A stretch of DNA of 63,766 nt, filler included, from Basidioascus undulatus (taxonomy: Eukaryota), in NCBI GenBank assembly GCA_000826855.1. It is 7 parts of 7 records of this genome, joined end to end, with 100 filler letters (N's around TTAATTAATTAA, not from the genome) between each part and the next. Parts side by side here need not be neighbours in the genome. Positions count along the whole stretch, not along the records: positions 1 to 26,806 come from JTLS01000181.1; 6 more parts are not named here. One strand, 5' to 3'. The position numbers and the translations under genes are program-made. The notes under the pieces were generated by a model. That model was not told where the DNA came from, did no database searches, and was given only the letters and a program-made list of their open reading frames with translations. Shown here one piece after another: positions 1 to 11,427 of the stretch; position 1 is the first letter of the stretch, and every line of letters starts with the position of its first letter.

Positions 1-94
1 CTTCATACCCTTGTCATTTCCCGCACCTAACGCCCACTCGCTCGCATCCTGTACTACCATCCTCCCCCGTCTTCCTCCTCCTACATCACCTACG

Positions 95-3000
95 ATGGGC
101 CGCCGCCGCTGCCACGACTACTACCGCCCTCCCTCCCCTCCTCCCTCGCCCCCCTTGCTCCGCCGGCGGGTCACAGACTCCCTCACGCGGCACACGACCA
201 GCACCGCTCCGCCCGAGCTCTCCCACACGCTCACGCAGGCGCGCGCGAGCGTCCTCTCCCTCGCTGCGGACAAGCGGTACCTCTACTCGGGCAGCCAGAC
301 GGGGGACATCCATGTGCGTTTGGCTGCGGGGGAGGGGAGGGGAGGAGAGAAGGAAGGGATGGGCTGATGCTGCGGTGAGATAGGTGTGGAACAGGGCGAG
401 TCTCCAGCTCGAGAAGACTATTCGCGGGCACTCAGGAAGCGTGCTTGCGCTCGAACTTGCCCCGGAAAAGGGGTGGCTGTTCAGCTCGTCCGGTGCATTC
501 TCAGCTCCCTCCCATCTTCCACATCTTCCCCTTCCTCCCTCTCACTGCGACTTGCCCGAGACGCTGCCACTGACATGGAATCCGGAATGTAAAGGCGACA
601 GCACGATCCGCATCCACAGCACGTCCACGCTCGAAACGCTCTGCGTCGTCCTCCCCGTGGACGACAACACGGGCGACCTTTTCTCGCTCTTCTGGGACAG
701 GGAGGGCGAGACGCTGTACTGCGGGAGCCAAAGCACTTCGATCCAAGTCCGCCTCTCCCTCTCCCATTCCCTCTTCCCCGACTGACCCTCCCCCTTCAGT
801 GGATAACCCTCTCCCACCCCCTTCCCACACACGGGCCCACCACCTCCCCCCCTCGCCGGGGGTTCCGCACCAAAGCGCGCTTCTTCGCCGCGGGGGCGCC
901 CGCCTCCCGCGCGCCCTCTCCCTCCCCCTCTCCTTCGCCCGCCGCCGCGCCTGCTCCGGCCGCGGCGCTGGGGCGCCTGGAAGTCCGACCTGGGGACGTC
1001 GTGCACCATGCGCACTACGGGTACGTCTACAGCTTGGCGATGGCGCGCCTGGGGGGGAGAAGGTTGCTGGTTAGCGGGAGTGGGGATGAGGATATCAAGG
1101 TGCGCTTTCGCGGCGGGGTAGGGAGGGGAGTGCGGGAGAGGGGAAGCTGATTAGGCTCGGAGGGGGGCCGTGGAATAGTTGTGGGCGATAAACGACGAAG
1201 ACCACTCGCTCAAGCTCGTCCGGACGCTGCAGGGCTGCTTGGGGGGCGTGCTCAGCCTCGCGGTGCACGAGTCGACGCTTTTCGCGGGCGTGCAGTCGGG
1301 GCATATCAAGGTTCGTCGCTGTCCCCTTCCCTCCTGTCCCTCAAGTTTATGCGCGGAAAGAGGAAGGGCCCGGCTGACTGGCTGGAGGACGTGGGTGGGA
1401 AAACAGATATGGGACCTCGAGACGTTCACGCTGATCCGGACGATCATCGCGCATGATGTGCGTGCGACCTTTCCCTTCCTTTCCTGTTCCAGAATTGGAT
1501 TCTGATAGGTGGGGGGGGGAATGACAGGACGATGTCCTCGCGCTCGCGCTGTTAGACGGGAACGTGTATGCCACCTCCGCGGGCGGGATCATCCAGGTAC
1601 GTTCGCTCCCCTCCTCACCCCTTTCCTTCGCCGCCTCTTTCCGCAGTGCCCTTTGTTGAAGATAACGAGCGTGTGGGACAGCGTTGGAACGCCTCTTTCG
1701 AGCTCACCGCGTCTTGGAAGGGGCACGACGGGATTATACTGTCTGCTATTGTTGCGCCGCCCGCTGCGGAGGAGAAGGAGAAAGGGAAGAAGGGGGAGGC
1801 GTTCCAGCTTGTGACGGGCGGGAACGACCAGCTTATCAAGGTGCGCCCCCACTCCCCCTCACTTTCTGTCTGAGGCGGGGAGGGAAGGGATGCTGAAGTA
1901 CCGGAGGTTGGGGACAGCTCTGGGCGCTGGAGAAGCCGAAGAAGCGGTGGGAGGATGGCGATCATGCGGGGTCGTTCGGAGCGGGGGAGAATGGGGATGC
2001 GGAGGGAGAGGGGGAGGAGAAGGAGCGGAGGGGGGAGAGCTCGGTCGGTGCGTTTGCTGGGCTCTTTCCGCGAGCTGGAGGGATAGGCTGACAGCGGTGG
2101 AAACGGGGAACGCAGATGTCATGCTCTATGCTGTGCGTCGCCATCAGGTGAGGGGTAGGAGGGAGGAGAAGATGGAACTGACTTGTGGGTGGGGATGGGG
2201 AACAGCTCTCCAAGTTCGTCGCTATCCCCAGCGTCTCGGGCGTGCCTGCGCGCAGGGAAGATTGCAGGCAGGGCGCGATCTACTTGAAGCAGATCTTGGC
2301 GTGCGTTGCTCCTTCCCTTACCTTCACCCTTTATATCGAAGCAAGAAGGCTGACGGTGATGGGGTGGGGGTGAACAGGCAGATGGGCGCGACTGGAAGTA
2401 CTTTGGTGCGTTGAGAAGATGGAAGGATGGTTAGAAGCAAAGAAGGGCTGATTGTGAGAGGTGGATGGACAGCTGCCGGGCGCTCCGGAACGGAACCCGC
2501 TTGTGCTGGCTACGTTCAAGGGCAAGGAGTTGCCTGGGGGACGGCCGAAGCGGAGGATTCTTTTCTATGGGTGCGTGGGCCGCACAGGAGCGCAGAAAGA
2601 AGGGGAGAGGAGAAGGAGGGAAGATGAGAGAAAGAAGAAAGCTGATGCGTTGCGTTGCGTGCGCGCAGACACTACGACTGCATCGACGCGCACCCCGAAG
2701 AGTGGACGCACGACCCGTGGACGATGGTCGGGCGAGACGGGTACTTGTATGGGCGGGCCGTGTCGGACAACAAGGTGCGCCTCGACTCCCTCACCTCTCA
2801 TGAAGAAAGGTGGAACTAAGATGGTTTGGTGGGGCAAGGGCCCGATCTTGGCGGCTGCGAGCGCGGCGTCGAGCCTGCTGGAGCAGCGGCAGCTCGACGT
2901 GGACCTCGTGCTGCTCATTGAGGGGGAGGAGGAGACGGGCAGCGCGGGGTTCAGGGAGGCGGTGAAGGCTCACAAGGTGCGTTTCTGATGAACGTCGATG

Positions 3001-4385
3001 AGAACGGATGGGATGGGATGGAATGGAACTGAAGTGGGTGGGTATCGGTGTGGTGCGATGCAGGACCTCATCGGCCCCATCGACGCCATCATGCTCTCCA
3101 ACTCGTACTGGCTTGGCGAGAGCCGGCCGTGTCTGACCTTCGGCCTGCGGGGCGTGATCCACACTACCGTCGAGGTACGCTTTCTTTTTTCCCTTCGTCC
3201 TCCCGAGGAGAAAGAGTGCTGATTAGATTGGATTGGGAGTGGACAGGTCTGGAACGACGGCCCGGACTTGCACTCGGGCATCGCGGGCGGGGCGGTCGGC
3301 GAGCCGATGCTGGATATGGTCCGCCTGCTTGGAGTACTGTCGGACGGGGAGAAGGTGCTCGTGCCCGGGTTCTGTGAGTTTATCCTACATTCCACTCACT
3401 TCGGACTGTGGTCTGGTCGGTTGGTGGGGGCAAGACGAATGAGCTAACTGGGTATTGTTGGGGGCAGACGACGCTGTGCGGGAGATGACGCCCGAGGAGG
3501 AGGCGACGTACGATGAGCTGGCCAAGGCGACGGGGCGGGATCCGAAAGCCCTTGCGTCAAGGTGGAGACGGCCTGCGCTCTCGGTCGGGAGGATCGACGT
3601 GAGCGGCGAAGGGAGTGCGTGAGCTTGCTTCGCTTCGGTTCGGGTTACTTGAAGTGGTGAAGGTGCTGATTGTGGGCCGGAACAGACTTGACTACCATTC
3701 CGTCTCGAGTGAAGGTACGCGCGGCTTACTCAGGCGGGAGAGCAATGCAGCTGACGGCGCACCTGGGCTATGCACGCAGTCCAACGTGTCCATCCGTATC
3801 GTCCCCGATCAGGACCTCGAGACGATCGCGCAATCGCTCGTGTCGCACATCGAGGGCGCCTTCGAGAGGATGAAGACTGGGAACCGGCTCAAGGTGCGCT
3901 GCTCCGCCTGAATGCAGGGAGACGGGCAACGCGCTGATGCTGGAGCTGAGCGAGAGAGCAGGTCTCAGTGACGTCCAAGAGCGACTACTGGCTCGGCGAC
4001 CGCGAGAACGAGTACTTCCGCGCGCTGCAGGACGCCGTGCAGGACGAGTGGGGCGTCGCGCCGCTGCATATCCGCGAGGGAGGGGTGCGTCCGCCGTCTG
4101 CGGAAGGATACGTGCGTAGAGAGCTGATGCGTGAGCTCGAATGCAGTCCATCCCCTCGCTGCCGTTCTTGCAGAAAGAGTTTGGGGGCGCGGACGAGGTC
4201 CGGACGGTGCACTTGCCGATGGGGCAGAGCTCAGACCAGGCTCACGTACGTTTTAGTTTACGTTCCCGGCACAGCTGTGAACTGATGCAGGATTACAGCT
4301 CGCCAACGAACGCATTCGGCTCCTCAACTTGACCAAGGGCAAGGCGGTCGTCGAGAACTTCCTGCGGCGCATCGCTGCTGCATAG
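95..4385 (+). CDS. DUG2: Glutathione degradosome subunit Dug2 (N-terminal WD40 repeats + C-terminal M20 di/tripeptidase), multi-exon
   Basis: WD40 repeats (YLYSGSQTGDIHVW, GHSGSVLALEL, LVTGGNDQLIK) are followed by M20 motifs: RILFYG-HYD, LYGRAVSDNKGP, LIEGEEETGS, DLHSG..GGAVGEP, IREGG-SIPSLPFL, HLPMGQSSDQAH-LANERIRLLNL. Many GT-AG introns; stop TAG at 4383-4385. Confidence 0.92.
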
Positions 4386-4718
4386 ATCGTCTCGGATCTC
4401 GTTCCGTTCATGCTTTAGATCTTATTCGCATCGTGTACCACCGTACTCTGCATGATACCCAGCCCTCATCCAGCATCTTGCTACATTATAAATCGCTGCA
4501 TTCTTTGCTTTGTCTGCTCTTCGCGTTCCAGTTCAAAGCGGGCAGCGAAAGAAAACCAGCGCGATCGGCAATTCACATGCATCCGCGCCGTGGCGTCATC
4601 AGCGGCGCATGCGACGAAGACACCTCGCTCGCCTTCAGTTGATTCACCGCTCGCACCCCCGCACCACCACCTCCTCCTTTCCCCTCCAGGTTGGTTGCGA
4701 CACCCTCGGCGCGTCACG

Positions 4719-6069
4719 ATGGGGCGCATGATCCTGACCCTTGTCCGGCACGGCGAGAGCACCGGTGCGTGCGGCCGTGCGGTGGTCGGTTTGGTCGGTG
4801 GTGGCTGAGGCGAGGGGAGGAGCAGACAACCTTAAGAGTCTCTGGGCTGGCTGGCAAGACGCACCCCTGTCTAATCATGGCATGAACGTGAGTAACAGTG
4901 ACATTTATATGGATGGGAGAGTGTGTGAGCTGACGCCAGGAGCGGGGACCTTTGTGGGCGCAGCAAGCTCGGCGCGTCGGCGCTGCGCTCGCATCTACTC
5001 CTTTGACCGCGATATACACCTCTGATCTCAAACGAGCGCTATGGACCGCGTCCGTCCTTATCTTATCATCTCCCCACACACGGAAGCCCCGCCGTCGACC
5101 TGCTCAGCTGACCTAAACCACCAACCGTACACGACCTCCCTACAGGCAACAGATCTCCAAGCAGAACAAGACCGTCCCTCCGCCTCCGCTGACAGTGTCG
5201 GAAGTCCTGCGCGAGCAGCACTTTGGGCAGGGCGAGGGGAAGCCGTGGAGCTCTGCCGCGTGGCAGCGCGAGAGCGGGCGGGACTTCAGCTTCCCGGACG
5301 GGGAGAGCTTGCATGACGTTGCGGCACGGGCGGAGAGGGCTATCGTGCGTTCTCGTCTCCATTCGCAGCCCAGATTATGTCGCAGGCAGATTTGGCTGAT
5401 GCAAAGTGGGATCTGGCGAACGCAGGACGAGTACATCATGCCGCACTTGCTCGAGGCGCAGAGCACGCCGGACGACGATGTGCACGTCGTCGTTACGGCG
5501 CATGGGATCTTCCTCGCCGAGCTTCAGCTCGCGCTGCTGAGGAGACAACCGGGTGGGGTGGCGCACTTTACGAGGGTACCGCTGGAGGTGAGCACGTCTT
5601 TCAGCATCACTTCGTCTTCCTCGTTGCTTATCAGCATGTTCTCAGAATACCGGTTGGCACCGCTTGCATCTTTCGCTCGTCTCCCCGTCCTCCTCCACAG
5701 CCGCCTCCACGCCCCCCGCTTCGCGCCCGACGACTCCGCTGGTGTCTGAGCCGGCCTCGCGTCCGCACACGCCCGACGCGGGCGAGATCCAAGAGACGCT
5801 CGTGGAGGGTGGGATCAACAGTGACAAGCGCGTGCACGAGGACATAAGCCACAGGGACGAGCAGCCGCGCCTGCGCGTGAAGTTTGTGAAGGTCGCGGAG
5901 ACGGCGCACTTGAAGGGGCTCGTGAGGCAAAAGGGGGGCATTGGGAGCGCAGGGTGAGTTCGGGCCGTGGAAATGAGAACACAGAAGTGACATGGCTGGG
6001 CGGCGGACCAGGTTCGACCCGAAGCAGAGAGATTTGAAGGCGCTGCTCGCGGGAGGTGGAGGAGATTGA
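4719..6069 (+). CDS. Histidine phosphatase / phosphoglycerate mutase family protein, multi-exon
   Basis: Motifs LTLVRHGEST, WAGWQDAPLSNHG, IYTSDLKRA, LREQHFGQGEGK, FPDGESL, VVVTAHGI; fungal-type C-terminus RQKGGIGSAGFDPKQ. Confidence 0.88.
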
Positions 6070-6544
6070 GAGGTTGTGGGTAGATGAGTAGCGGAATTGC
6101 GTGCTCGTGCATCCCGATTTGGCTGTCGACTTGCTCTCATGGGCTCTGGCTTTATTCACTTCCTTTCATTTGATCGTCACTAACACTGTGCACGTGTCTG
6201 GTCTATCGATCATGTCGCATCCTCATTCCGTTCCTCCCCTCGCTGCTCCGTCCAGACGAACTGTCCTCCTCTTCCTGCTGTCCGTCTTGCAGCTGACTCG
6301 TTTATTCTAACGATTGAAGCGATCGACATGCCATTGTTTCAGTCACGAAGCGGCTCACGTCCACTCCCTTTCCCTCACGTGTCGATCCAGGGGAATCTTT
6401 GATGCAGCGTTGAGGTACTGGACGGTTATGATCGCATGCAGACGCCGCCAGCGTGCATGTTCTTCCACTTGGAAATCTTTCTCGACAACCGGGCCAGCGT
6501 TCAATGCAGTTGTACAGACTTCAACTCGGTATTCATATGCATCT

Positions 6545-7637
6545 TCATCCCTCCTGACTGAACTTGCCCTCTTCCCCCGTCTCCCTCGCGCTCTTCTCTA
6601 TCTCTACAAGCTTTCGCCACATTTCCACACCCGGTCCGCTAAGCCCAAACCCCTTCTCATCCCTCATCCAGGCCAGCCCGTGCTGCAGAATGCCCACCGC
6701 ACGCGCCGACCCGCCTCGCGCGTCGCCGATGCACGCATGCAGCGTTAATCGTGGGGGATGAGGCGGGGACTGCGGATATGATGCTAGATGGATAATGTTG
6801 GCATCCATGAAGACTGTGTCTCCAGCTGTAGGATAGTAAATACGGTTTCGTGAGTAGTCCGCGTGGAGAGAGAATCGGGGAAGAGGCACACGTGCCTTTC
6901 AGGTGGACTTGCATCGCACCGGGCATGCTCGAAGGCGGGTCGGAAGTCGGGATATTCGACCAGCTCAGAGCTCGCTGCTCGGGCGTGCGCACCGTCCTGT
7001 GCGATCCGGGCACGATCCAGAGGCACGAGTCGTCGCACAGCGCAGTGTTCCACTGAACGCCGTAGTGCGGTATTGTGAGCGCCTCCGCTTCTTCATCAGG
7101 CGTCGCCTCGGGCTTGATGTGGTCCCTGTGCCAGCAGAGCGAGAACGAGGTCGACTGTGGGAGGACAAGGAGGTTGAAAAGCTCTGAGGAGTCCCACAGA
7201 CCAGCTCAGTGTGGCCGAATCGACGTTCAATCCATAGCAGCCGTACTGACCCATTTGCAGGTGGTCTTGCGTGCACGCTATGAGTTCCCTGCAGACCGCA
7301 AGGAGCGGCTCTGAGCAGTACCACTCCCTGAACGCGGGCTCTCCCAGCGACGGGTGCATCAAGTGTTGGACGCCCCAAACGTCGTGCATGCCCTCCTCCG
7401 TCCAGGGAGGAAACTGCTTGCCGACTACGCGTCTATACAATCAATTTCTATTCAATAAACTTGTGATTGGAAGGCGGGGTATGCATCTGCTCACCGATGG
7501 GGCCACTCCCCCGCCCGCGCCCGCGCGGTGACACGCTCCGCCGCGTCGCGCAGGAGGGGAAGATCGGTCGAGGAGATCACTTCGGGAACCACAACGTAGC
7601 CGTGCTCGCGGAAGTGTACTGCTCTAGCGGTAGACAT
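6545..7637 (-). CDS. Phytanoyl-CoA dioxygenase (PhyH)-like Fe/2-oxoglutarate oxygenase, multi-exon
   Basis: Start MSTARAVHFREHGYVVV; DVWGVQHLMHP; HxD motif in WHRDH; LWIVPGSHR; AGDTVFMDANIIH carrying the distal His. Confidence 0.85.
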
Positions 7638-8390
7638 CGGTTTGTTCGAGGTGATGTTGTGTTAAAACGAAGGAGGGGGCCGTCACGCGTTGGAAGAACC
7701 TCGGAGCTCGGCTGCGCAAACGCCGAGCCTCACGCTTGCCGATTGTTCCGTTTGGCTAGTAGACAAAACACCGAATCAATGGCGACGAAGTCAGTCCAAG
7801 GTTCCACTTCTGAAGAAATTTTCAGTTCTCCTCTCTCGTACGTTGCTCAAGGACGGGCAATCAGGCTGCGAAGACTTTCAGTTCTAACGGAGCATTCGGA
7901 GATTACCATCTTCGGTGGGATTGTCAATCGAGTCTACCAACGTGTGTCGCATATTGCATAAGCTGTATCTATGTGGCAGGAGTGCACCTGACGATCAAAG
8001 CTTTCGTTCAAAGCGTGCTCCCGTTCGACGGCCAGCATTCGAGCCGCTCCTGCTGTGGTGGTACTACCTAGTGCTCGCATTCCTCCTCCTTCACATCCTC
8101 TTCGGATGGTCTAGTAAGGCTGCTGACCACAAGAGGTTTATTTTCTGTCCATTGTCACGGTGAGGTGTTAGGTCACGCGCCTTGCACCTGCTCAGTTGTG
8201 TACTCGACCGGCCCGCTCAGCGGCATGGTGCTCCCGGACATTCTCCATTTCCAGCACGTCCGCTGGAGGCAAGCATTGTCATGTTCAACAGAAAATTTTC
8301 GCAGAATACTCTGTCTGGGGCGGTCCCTGTTCGAGTATAAGGTCGGGTTCATGGCCAGACAGCTCCTTCTACAGTCTCCTTTAACCAACA

Positions 8391-9968
8391 ATGCTGCTGT
8401 CACTGTAATTCGTCGCGCTCGCTCTCACTTTTGGGTTTACCAGCCCCCTTCTTCCACATCCTCTTCAACCAAGCGTTCACCTCAAGGGTCGCTGGGATAC
8501 CAGCATGCGCTCGTGGTGGCCAGGAACCGAGTTTACTACGCGTGTCGCACGGCCCCCCTGCGCCATCGAAGTGCATCTTGGTGCAGAAACGTCGAGCTCC
8601 GGCGTGAGTGTTTCGGTTCAGGCCGGGACAGATGGGCCTTGGACCAGCACCTTGTGGGCGGCCGGAGTCAACACGGTCGACGTTGGCGTCATCGACGGAC
8701 AGAACGATATCGAAGTCAAGGTCGTGACCGAGGGATGGCAAAGCAACCACCTTCAGCTCGAACACGTCTTCGCCGGGAAGGTGCGCAGTGTCGGACGACT
8801 GACATAGAATCAATTTCATTCCCCTACTCCTGACTGCAACTTTCGGTTGCAGGGCTGCCAGCTCCTTCCGCCGAAGCTTCCTGCTCTCGCTTTTGAGTTC
8901 ATCGGCGACTCGCTTTCAGCTGGACAGTATGATCCCCATGGCGTGCGTGACGCATGGAACTTCCTCGCTGCTGAAGCACTGGGCGCCGCCAACAACCAAA
9001 ACTACCCAGCCTGGAGCTTGTCTCACCGAGTGCGCTTGAGCCATTCAGTCTCGAGAGGGAGACGCACGGCTGACTTTAGACCAGCGTTGCAGCCAGGAGT
9101 GTTGGGGCAATCCCCGGGGGATGAGCGAGCTGTATTTCATGGCAAGTCATTTTTAAGTACCAAGAGAGGCGAAATTTATCTCAATTCCCCATGACTTTGA
9201 GACCCAAGATTCATCATACCAGTACGAGAACGGCAACGCTACGACACCTTGGGACTTCTCTCGCTACTCTCCAAGCCCAACCCATGTTGTCGTCTTTCTC
9301 GGGTGAGTCAAAGCCAGGAACTAATACATACGGAGGCCAAACCTCATCCGCATTCACACCCTCTACAGGGCGAACGACAGGGCTTACAACATTTCGGGAG
9401 AACCTTTTGTGAAGGTAGACCCTTCGTTGTTTCTCCACTACCCGTCTCGTCGAACGTCGCTATTTAAGATTTTTGAAATTTCATTTTGCACCCTCACTTT
9501 TCCACGCAGACGTATACTACCTTCCTCGCGCGCCTCCGAACGGAGATTTATCCCACACAGCCTATCTTCGTGCTCTCGCAATGGGGCTGGCCCGACGCCA
9601 ATGGCTCTGATTCATGGACGCCGAGGTCGCTGAGGTCATCAAGAACAGGATATGGTCTGGTGACACAGGGAACCACCTCGCCAACACGACAGGTTGGATC
9701 GAGTACAGCGGTACGCGACCGAGATAAATCCATACCAGGTGCTCCTCTTCTGACTTCAAGCCTTACTTTCTCCAGATGTGTTCCCTGAGTGCGTTGACCC
9801 TCGTGCCTTATTCTTGACATACTCGCGGATATTTCTCAAGCCTGAGCTGACGGTTTCTTTGTCAGTAACAAACACCCAAACCCGATCGGGCACCAGCACA
9901 TCGCCGATCACTTCCTTCACTGGCTCTACGAACATTCGTTCTTTCCTTGGCCCCCTCAACAAGCCTAA
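8391..9968 (+). pseudogene. Secreted CE2-like SGNH/GDSL carbohydrate esterase, disrupted
   Basis: Motifs GRWD..RSWWPG, FEFIGDSLSAG, CWGNPRGM, VVFLGAND, D-x-x-HP. In-frame TAA at 8406-8408 inside an apparent signal peptide, plus frameshifts near 9000 and near 9610. Confidence 0.75.
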
Positions 9969-11301
9969 ATATCTCAAGCCATTTGATTATTTGAGATAAA
10001 ATGTGACAAGAGGCATATTCGATCCCAACATGCATAGTCCTTTGTACTGTTCATGTATACCTGCCTGGTCCGCCCGATGTGCCTTTTTGAACAGCGCAGC
10101 CATCCAACGCGCCCCGCGATAGAGTGGCAGCAAATTATTGCTGCAATCCTTTATTTGGATGCGAGAGAGGTGGCCCCTGTGAGCATAGAAGATTGGGACA
10201 TGCTGCGAGCTCACTATCCTTCTGCTGGGCGTTCCACGTTTCCCCACGGTTCTGACTCTCGTCAAACCCCCTATTGACGCATGAGTTGATGGGATAACCA
10301 GCAGTGGCAGTTAATGTTCAAAGTCTTGTTGTAGCTCACTATGTAAATACCGGTTCGAAGCAGCGAAGGGGCCTCAAGTACTTACCCACTGAAAGGAGCG
10401 CAGCAAAGGGAGTTCAGCGGCCCGCCTATCGCGCCCCTGACCACGATCCTTTATCAACCCGCTCTTTCAAGAGTTTGCGCATTCTGAGATTTTGTCGTCA
10501 ACGGAAGTGCGGTGCCTCCGAAGATGAAAAAGAAGCAGACATTCGTTTGGCTGGCTTGCGCAGTCTCAGGCACCGCGTTTGTTGTGCATGTCGGTCAGGT
10601 AGGCGTGGATTTGATGAGGAAAGGGTGCAAACACGATGGAGCACGGGAGTTTGTCGGCGGGTTGTGAAGATTGACAGCGGGACAAGGCGGGTTTTCCTGT
10701 TCTGGGGGCGCGACCGGGACGCGTCGAGCTCATTTGACCGTTCTTCCGCTGCTGTTCTGATTGTCGTGGACGGGGCGAGACACGGCGACTTTCCAGGAAG
10801 TCGAAAGTCCAGATGAGCTGCGAGACGATGCGACGCCGTCTTGTCCGCAGACAAACGCGCTCTGCGCAAACTCTTGTTTATTTACTGTTTGGGGAGCTTC
10901 TATCACAAAGAACAAGGTGCCCATAGGATCCGCAGAAATGCTCCAATGGAACAATGGATCAACAGTATGCGGGGCTGCGCAATCGAGCTTTACTTAGCTA
11001 CGAGGCTACCACTGACAGCGTCAGCACAAATCCCCTCTACGCAAACTTGAAGGCAAGCTGCTCCTGTTCAACCCACTTCGTCCATACGCTACGCTCTATG
11101 AACATTTTCCAGTCCGATGTACCAGGTGCGGGAGCAGGGAGCATCACTGGCCGGAGAGGAGCTAGCTTCGCTTGCTTCATAGACTCGAAAAGGGCGGAGC
11201 GGGGCTTCTATTTTTCGTTTTTCTTTGTCGGGACTGCGGACATCAATTCGCCGCTCGCAGTTCTGCTTCACCCCGCTCCTTTCGATGCCAGTATCAGATT
11301 T

Positions 11302-11310
11302 GATATAAAA
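11302..11310 (+). promoter_or_regulatory. TATA box (GATATAAAA) upstream of AA9 LPMO 1
   Basis: TATAAAA about 120 nt upstream of the ATG; the same 9-mer lies upstream of the second LPMO. Confidence 0.55.
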
Positions 11311-11427
11311 CTGCTCCTTGCCCTCCTCTCGAGACGCCCCATCGACAACGGCTGCGCCATCCTACCGACTCGCTACCTTGCATTCAAACTCACGGCGACG
11401 ACTTTTCCTCTTCTTGAAAGTCCCCCA

